In this document: positions 61,522 to 64,000 of the stretch, piece by piece
Layout: the number at the start of each line of letters is the position of its first letter
Numbering within the stretch: the stretch's first letter is position 1
DNA from: Amphiscolops sp. MND2022
Taxonomy: Eukaryota
Assembly (NCBI GenBank): GCA_964187785.1
Contig: OZ076409.1
Location: forward strand, 96,040,001 to 96,104,000
Direction of reading: 5' to 3'
Length of the DNA: 64,000 bases
Notes under the pieces: generated by a model
Told to the model about the DNA's origin: nothing
Databases searched by the model: none
The model's input: only the letters and a program-made list of their open reading frames with translations
Made by a program: the position numbers and the translations under genes

Positions 61522-64000
61522 TCATGGAGGGAAGCTAATGGTTGGTTTAGATGAATTATAATGTCGAGGAGGGAGTGAACGTAAATTGTATGGGGAGTGG
61601 GGGGCTCGTCGGTAAGTGGGTTCGTTGGGGGGTTCAGGGAAAGAAGATGAAGAAGTGTCGGCAGAATCAGCAACACGAGGAAAGAACTGAGGGAAAGAGT
61701 TAAGTGAGGAGTTTGAATAATAAAGAGGGTTTGGAAGCATTTCAAAATCTGAATCGTGAGAGTCTATTGTATTATCGAGATTATCTGAAGAAGAAGTAGA
61801 TTGTAAAGGTGTAGTAGTAGAGGAAGGAATATGGTCGAAATGATCTTGTAAAGAAGAATAATGTGAAAGGTTTTGGTAGTTAGGAATGGAAGGGGGGGAG
61901 CTGTTAAAATTTGTGGATTCAGAGGGAGGAGGGGTTTGAGAAGAGTCAGAGTTATTTTGTAAATCTAAAGAAGAGAATTGAGAGAAGGTGTCTTGGTAAG
62001 GGTCAGTATCAGGATTGTTGATAAGGGAAGGGGTGGAATGATAATGTTTAATGTATGGGAAAATTATGGGTTCTTTAGGGTAGTATGGCAAAATATGATT
62101 TCGATGAGTTTGAAATGTAGAGCCATCTTGTGAAAGAAGTTCATATGTTACTTCAGAAAGATGTTTAAGGATTTTATATGGGCCAATTCGAAGAGGTTTA
62201 AGTTTGTTTGAAAAAGTAACTGGTTTAAAGTTTGTATGTATAACGAAGGTATTAAGAGGTAGTTGTTTCAAATGGGTAGTTTCAAATGTAGAACTTTGAG
62301 AATTGAGTTTGTGATTTATATGACGGTGAACAGTTGAATATATTTCTAACATTGCGGTTTCAGCTGCTAAAAGCCACGAGGAGATGGGTTTGTCAAGAAG
62401 GGAATGAAAAAATGGGTTAAGGTTTTGAGTACTATAATGTGAATGAGGAGGAAGAGATTCACAATAAGTTGCAATACATTGTTTTTGAGCATCTCGAGGT
62501 AAATTAAGGGAAAAGGTAAGAGGTATGCGAGGATGGGTGTGAAAAACGATTTGATATGGAGAAAGTTTAGGCTGAGAAAGAGGTGTTGTATTATGAGCAT
62601 ATGCATACATTTGGGTTTGAAATGACCAGTTAGTAGGAGGATTTTGTAAAAATATTCGAAGGTGAGTTCCAAGATTTCTATTTTGGACTTCGACCAAACC
62701 ATTGGTCCATGGTGAATAGGGAGTTCGAGGTGAATGGTTAATATGAAAGAGAGAACAAAGATGAGCCATGTCTTGATTAATATATTCGGTACCTCGATCT
62801 GTGACAAGATATTGAGGGGGACCAAATTTTGTGATCCAATGATGGAGAAGAGTTTGAATTGCGTATTTTGAATTAATGTTAGGAGCTGGGTTAGTAACAA
62901 CGAAGTGACTAAATGCATCAATAATAACAAAAATATAGGAGTTGTTTTGAGAAGATGGGGAAATAGGACCTTTGGTGTCCATAGAAATACGGTAATTGAA
63001 GTGAGTAGCGTTTTCATAAAAAGGAAGGGGAGGAGAAATATTTTGTGGTTTAATTGGAAAATGCTTATTTGTCTGGCAGTCAATACAATCATGAATAAAG
63101 ATTGAAAACCATAAAGGTAGATGGGGAATAAAATAGAATTGGTTAAAAGTTTTAATAGAAAGTTTTTCACCGGAGTGGCCATGAGAATGTGTTTTACTGA
63201 ATGCGGCATAGAAAAGTTTAAATGGTAAACATATACGTGTCTGGTTAATAGAGGGTTGAGTTTTAATAAAAATTTCTTCAAAAATTCGAGAATTGGGAGT
63301 ATAATATTGAATGAGGTGAGAGGTTGGGTCTATATATAGGTGTTGGAATTGTTTATAATATGTATATAAAAAGGAATTTGCTTTAATAATTGGGGTCAAG
63401 GAGTGAGGTTTCTGTTTTTGTTTTAACCATGTATATACCGTAAAAAGAACAGGATCATCCTTTTGAGCTTGAAGTAAAATGGGTAATGTTAATAAGGTGT
63501 CAGAAGGAAGGAAAAAATTATCAAATGCCTTACGGTGGGCAAAGAAGGAAGGGTCAAAAAATGGCAAAGATTGAGTATTGATGGTTTTTGGGGAAGTTGG
63601 TGTTATAGCGTTACTGTGTAGAGTATGGTTAATAATAGGAGGGGAGTTTATAAAGTTGGTTAAAATATCGTGTGACAAGGTAATATCGTTAAAATAGTGA
63701 TGTTGTGCTTCTGTAAAAAGAGTGTGAAGTTGATGAGGTGTTTGTGAAGATTGCTGAGGAATTCGTTTAAGAACAGGATCGTCTGTGTCATATAAATCAG
63801 TTTCGTTTAAAAGAGGGTTTTCTTGAAGAAGAGTTTTAACTTTGTTTTTGACTGGTTTTTTGTATTTATTTAAGAATGAGGAAACAGATTGAAATGAAAA
63901 GGAGTCAAGAGGAGTATATTTAACAACATTGCCTTTATCTTGAATACGAAGCGTAAATTGATCATCACCATAATCGGCTAATATTAAGTGAGAATCATTT
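61522..64000 (-). CDS. pol: E3 pol C-terminus (integrase), open to the window edge
   Basis: HSHGH..CIDC, MDTKGP/TDRG/GLVE and RIGPYKI (GPY/F); frame open from 63999. Confidence 0.93.
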   Translation of the reverse strand, partial: NDSHLILADYGDDQFTLRIQDKGNVVKYTPLDSFSFQSVSSFLNKYKKPVKNKVKTLLQENPLLNETDLYDTDDPVLKRIPQQSSQTPHQLHTLFTEAQHHYFNDITLSHDILTNFINSPPIINHTLHSNAITPTSPKTINTQSLPFFDPSFFAHRKAFDNFFLPSDTLLTLPILLQAQKDDPVLFTVYTWLKQKQKPHSLTPIIKANSFLYTYYKQFQHLYIDPTSHLIQYYTPNSRIFEEIFIKTQPSINQTRICLPFKLFYAAFSKTHSHGHSGEKLSIKTFNQFYFIPHLPLWFSIFIHDCIDCQTNKHFPIKPQNISPPLPFYENATHFNYRISMDTKGPISPSSQNNSYIFVIIDAFSHFVVTNPAPNINSKYAIQTLLHHWITKFGPPQYLVTDRGTEYINQDMAHLCSLFHINHSPRTPYSPWTNGLVEVQNRNLGTHLRIFLQNPPTNWSFQTQMYAYAHNTTPLSQPKLSPYQIVFHTHPRIPLTFSLNLPRDAQKQCIATYCESLPPHSHYSTQNLNPFFHSLLDKPISSWLLAAETAMLEIYSTVHRHINHKLNSQSSTFETTHLKQLPLNTFVIHTNFKPVTFSNKLKPLRIGPYKILKHLSEVTYELLSQDGSTFQTHRNHILPYYPKEPIIFPYIKHYHSTPSLINNPDTDPYQDTFSQFSSLDLQNNSDSSQTPPPSESTNFNSSPPSIPNYQNLSHYSSLQDHFDHIPSSTTTPLQSTSSSDNLDNTIDSHDSDFEMLPNPLYYSNSSLNSFPQFFPRVADSADTSSSSFPEPPNEPTYRRAPHSPYNLRSLPPRHYNSSKPTISFPP

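Larger units (their letters stand above)
51928..64000 (-). mobile_element. E3: env-carrying Ty3/gypsy element, 5' part outside the window; putative 3' LTR ~51928-52230
   Basis: Integrase, then ORF-X, env and two more ORFs, all on - strand with uniform C/T-rich composition. The LTR cannot be confirmed without its partner. Confidence 0.8.

Overview
AT-rich eukaryotic (probably invertebrate animal) genomic DNA dominated by transposable elements; the organism cannot be identified from the sequence. Host genes: (i) the 3' part of a + strand Patched-family (PTCHD3/Ptr-like) gene, with at least 8 phase-compatible exons at 1736-24432 and two apparent GC splice donors; (ii) the last two exons of a convergent - strand coiled-coil gene (29267-30280). 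There are three - strand Ty3/gypsy LTR elements. E1 (2837-11320) is a decayed Mag-like element with a 2.1-kb internal tandem duplication. E2 (32196-51401) is a young 19.2-kb element: its integrase appears to extend into AT-hooks and two TARG1/OARD1-like macrodomains, and a ~1450-codon ORF with a degenerate SGNH-like domain sits in the env position. E3 (~51928 to beyond 64000) has an intact class III (chuvirus-G/herpes gB-like) envelope and at least three accessory ORFs, one ATG-less and missed by the ORF track. Also present: six copies of a Helentron-associated (HINE/DINE-1-like) element, several MITEs, an old CR1/L2 LINE fragment split by E2, and palindromes. All domain calls are by-eye motif recognition, not database results.
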